DNA of 64,000 nucleotides from Daphnia carinata (Eukaryota): NCBI RefSeq assembly GCF_022539665.2, contig NC_081333.1, positions 10,044,001 to 10,108,000 of the forward strand, read 5' to 3'. Shown piece by piece: positions 60,063 to 64,000 of this stretch (position 1 is its first letter; each line of letters starts with the position of its first letter). The notes under the pieces were generated by a model. It saw only the letters and a program-made list of their open reading frames with translations, ran no database searches and was not told where the DNA came from. The position numbers and the translations under genes were made by a program.

Positions 60063-60787
60063 CTAATTACTAGCTGCACCAAATAACTAACATGATATTT
60101 CTATTTTCCCAAATGTTGTTGAAAGAGTGCATGGGGATATGAGCGATATTTTTCTCAACTTTGCCTGGCTTGTTGCCTTCCTTGTTAAATAACCTAAGTG
60201 ATAGGAAATTGGGAGCTGTAAACATCTTAAGAGCGTTTTTGTTAAAAATTTCATCTAAAGTCTCTCAACGAGAACGCACACTCGGAAAGGGAAGCAGTCT
60301 ATCTAATCTCAAAGCCTTTCTTCACTTCTTCATAATTTGTATTTTTCAGTTCTCGCGCTGGGCTTAGGCATTCCAAATTTTCTTTTGTATGATGTGTCTT
60401 GCTGCCCAGTAGAGTTAATTGTCATTGACAGAAGTGGTACTAATACATTGAAAGTGAAATTATTTGTGGGGAAAAAAGACGGATTAGTATTTTTTAATCC
60501 ACATATTTCAGGATTGATTTACTAATGTCGGATTTTTATTTTTCAGGTTACCTATTGGGAAAAAGTCTTACCGTCCAATTACTACGCTGTGGTTTAAAAC
60601 ATCTTAAGTATTCAAGGACGAATTTAGCACCGGTTATGGGCAGCCAATCTTCATTCAGTTCTTGGGCCCAATAACCACTTGATATGGAGGTCAGTTACAT
60701 ACTTAAGTCTTTACTGAATAGATCTTGTACGCATATACATCACGTCGGTCGTCTCGAAACGAACAGGTTCATCTTTAAAGCTTTGTA

Positions 60788-62807
60788 ATGGAACCTGCCC
60801 AACATGATTTCCTCGAAATGTTTACAAGTGAGATTATTTGTAAAATCATTCTTTTTGCAAATCTAAAACAATTGATAGTACATTATGTACCTAAAAATGT
60901 TTTTCTCTAGGCTCTGGAGTACCTGAAATTGCCGAGCACATCTTGAGCTACTTAGATTGTGATGATCTAAAAAATGCAGAAAGAGTTCGTAAGTTATGGT
61001 ATCATGTGATTAGCGATGGAAAAATTTGGAATCGTTGTCTTGAAAAGGTCTCTAATAATAGCTTTGATTTTTTACGCAACTTCTCAAATCTTAATTATTT
61101 TTTAAAAGATGCTTCACAATCCTACTTTATGGAACATGTATCGTCGCTTTGATGCACCTCTGAGTAAGCCTCATCCCATGGACATTCAAATCAGAGACCA
61201 AAGTTTTTTCAAGATGGCATGTCATACCGTAATGCGTTACCACCAGGTTAGGAAGATCACTTGAAACACGGTGGTCATGTACCATACAGAAAATTAACAG
61301 CGTGATTAATATTACACCTCTATCTTATAGCGGCTCCTTTACAACTGGATGACGGGTGCGCAGCAAGAAGAATCTCACGAAATTTATGTTTGCGGAACAA
61401 CGGTTTCTTTCGATATGAATTCACAATACCTTGTAATAGGACAGCCTGATGGGAAAATACTTGTTCGAATGAGGGAAGATGTGGCACTTGAACCACAGAG
61501 TCATAAAATACAGGTATACGATTAAAAGTTTTATTATAAGATGGAAAAGAGATACGAATTCCTGTAAAATAAATCTTCTTGCCAATTTAGGAGCTAAAAT
61601 TGGAAGGATCGCAATCAGGAATTCGTTGCATTCGGCTAAACGAGGAGAACATTCTAGTCTGCGGAGGAGCACAAGGTGTAGTTCAAATTTGGGACGTCTC
61701 CCGGGGAACACTTGTGAGTAATAATGAAATTTTTGCTAATTTAATAGCATTTAGTTATTTGTTCAATTTATAGGTTAAGCGATTTACTGAAAAACACGCC
61801 GACAGTATAGAACACGTGCAATTTGATAACAGAGTCGTAATAACAGGCTCCAGTATGCAGGTATTCATACTATACTTACATTTTTTTAAACATTTTGTGT
61901 GATCTCTGTCACTTATTCCCTCAAGGAAGCCGATCAGGGCCGCGTGACCATCTGGGATATAGGAAACTTGCCCCAAGTTTCGTTAAGAGGAGAAATTTTA
62001 TTCCCATTGCAAAAAATTTTTGGTTTAGCATTAGATGACAAACATATTGTTGTCCTAGTCGGTCAAGCACCCCTTTTTGAAATCCAAATCCGACTCAGGC
62101 ACCATTCTTTGATTCTTGTACATTCCATGCACTATCGTTCACATGCATTCAGTGGATTTCACTGCCATGTTGGGTTTGTTGCTGCAGGTTCAGATGATGG
62201 GAAAATAAGGTAATCGTTTTACGTTTCTAACATTAAGGTCAATTTTTCAAAATGTTTTTGTATTGTAGAATATGGGATGTTGGAACAGGGAAGTGCAAGC
62301 GAATTTTACTCCGACCGTCACATGATACTGGCCCATTCTGGTTGAGGTATTGAAAAAACTTGCATATGATTCAGTGGTGGTACGTGATACTATAACCAAA
62401 AACTGTTGCATAATTCTAGATTCAATTCTAAGTTTTTGGTCACAAATAATTCAGGAGGAATCAGCATATGGAATTTTAAAGAAGCCGTCAATCCGCTTTT
62501 ACATCCTTGCATGAAGCTCCACTGTTGCTCCTTCCGGGTAAGGTTTCTTCAAAATGTCCCCATGTAAAGTTGAGCTTGTTTAACACGACCACTTCCCAGC
62601 TTATTCCATGTTTCTGACGTGATCCATATATATTTTTTTTTAATACAGGCTTGCTCAAGTTCACAGTCAGATCAGTGGCATTTCCAGATGGACGCTTTTG
62701 AGATTGTTAGATTCGAGCATCAAGGTGATGCCGGAATGTTACCCGACCTTCCAGGTAGGTATAGAGGGAAAAGCTTCATCATTCGACACCAATTTCTCGT
62801 CCAATAG
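60788..62807 (+). CDS. F-box/WD40 protein, divergent beta-TrCP/Slimb-like
   Basis: Spliced F-box GVPEIAEHILSYLDCDDLKNAERVRKLWYHVISDGKIWNRCLE resembles the beta-TrCP F-box. WD-like segments include VVQIWD, HADSIEHVQFDNRVVITGS, VTIWD, VAAGSDDGKIRIWDVGTGKC, LRFNSKFLVT, ISIWNF and FQMDAFEIV. About 10 short exons. Confidence 0.75.
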
Positions 62808-63810
62808 TGTTAGTGCGACAATTCTCCTATTTAAGAGAGATCGTCGTTAAAGAAATTTTTTAGAATCTTTTTCAAAAGATTATGATTTGACTTTGTATTG
62901 CATGGGAGTATCTGCGTTCATTATTATTCTAACAGTTGGCTCGTTGTAGTACTGATACTATTTTCCTTACTTTGCATTATGTTAGGAATTTTAATACACT
63001 CGATTAAGTGCCAATACCGTTTTAGTCATTTAGGGAAAACGTGTAACCTTATATTGCCGATTCAAGTTTATAGCAAAATACCTCATACACGGAAGCTTAG
63101 TTCTACATTTTACTGGGAAACCTCTGCTTTAACAGGTTCCTATTTCAGTATACGTTGAACCCTAATTAAATTTCCCTTAAGTAACGTTCATACATGATTT
63201 GATTATCTAGCCGTCGTTGATCTTATGACGAATGAACTTGTAAAGAGATTTGAAATTAATATTGATGCAGCAAACTAGGTTGTTTGACTTTGCAAGGTTG
63301 CCAGTCGTTTCATAGTATGAATGAACGCGTATTTTTCGGGCATTTCCACGTCGACAACTAAAATACTAAAAATATAAAAATCCTTATAGAAGACTTACTA
63401 TACGTATTTTAAAATGAAATGTTTCCTTAAATATTGTTTTGCCCAGATTACGAAGCATTTTCGTAAAAAATTTATTAAATTTTTTCTAATTATGACTTGG
63501 GCAATGTTGGCTTTTTAGTCTACTGTCAAGTTGCAGAAACAGGATTTTGGTACTTTTGGTATGCTATCTTCTAGTCCATGAATTGGGTCATCTTTGATCG
63601 AACTAACCGGAAAGTATGACCCTAATTGGAATACCTTAGAAGTTGTATGTTATAATTTAAGAGTAAAGTTTTATTAGTGTACTAAAGGTCGTATTTTGAC
63701 GTTTTCCAAAGAAAACTACCTTCTAAATGGTTTACACTGTGGACTGTAGTGACTGAGATACAGTTTTTTTTCTAACTTCATTAATAACTGAGTTTATTTT
63801 TTTCTTAGCA

Positions 63811-64000
63811 ATGGCTTCCCAGCCTCCTGTTCAATATAATGTGATGTCGCCAGCAAGGCCTAATGTGACAGGAACTTCCCAACCACCCATACTTCAACGT
63901 CCAATAGCAAGTAATGGGATTGGACAACCATCAACTGGTTCTCGATTTCCCGTGCCTGCAACATCAAATTCTGTTCCTGTGTTAGCCAACACAAATTCAC
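63811..64000 (+). CDS. 5' end of a gene with a low-complexity Pro/Ser/Gln/Asn-rich N-terminus (truncated by window edge)
   Basis: Acceptor ttcttag lies just before the ATG at 63811. The frame MASQPPVQYNVMSPARPNVTGTSQPPILQRP... stays open to the end of the window. No diagnostic domain is visible. Confidence 0.55.
   Translation, partial: MASQPPVQYNVMSPARPNVTGTSQPPILQRPIASNGIGQPSTGSRFPVPATSNSVPVLANTNS

Overview
Eukaryotic, intron-rich animal DNA. Most introns are about 55-90 bp, and the gene content suggests a compact crustacean genome such as Daphnia (inference). Spliced genes were reconstructed by hand from GT-AG sites and reading phase. In order: an NK2.1/scarecrow homeobox gene (+); XRN2/Rat1 exoribonuclease (-); estrogen-related receptor ERR (-); a GT17/MGAT3-like glycosyltransferase (-); cobalamin-dependent methionine synthase (+); nidogen (+); a small secreted six-cysteine peptide precursor (+); TMX1-like thioredoxin (+); a divergent beta-TrCP-like F-box/WD40 gene (+); and the start of a P/S/Q-rich ORF at the right edge. 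Four points stand out. (1) XRN2 has hidden RGG-rich 3' exons, separated by multi-kb introns, inside the apparent gene desert behind NK2.1. This recreates the tail-to-tail XRN2-NKX2-4 pair seen in humans and suggests a genomic regulatory block. (2) The unannotated-looking 99-aa prepropeptide has the cysteine spacing of CHH/ITP-derived helical centipede toxins. (3) ERR has two paralogous phase-0 N-terminal exons that may be mutually exclusive. (4) Most genes in the window have human homologs in the same 1q/14q/20p paralogous regions. No rRNA, tRNA, CRISPR array or recognisable transposon was found.
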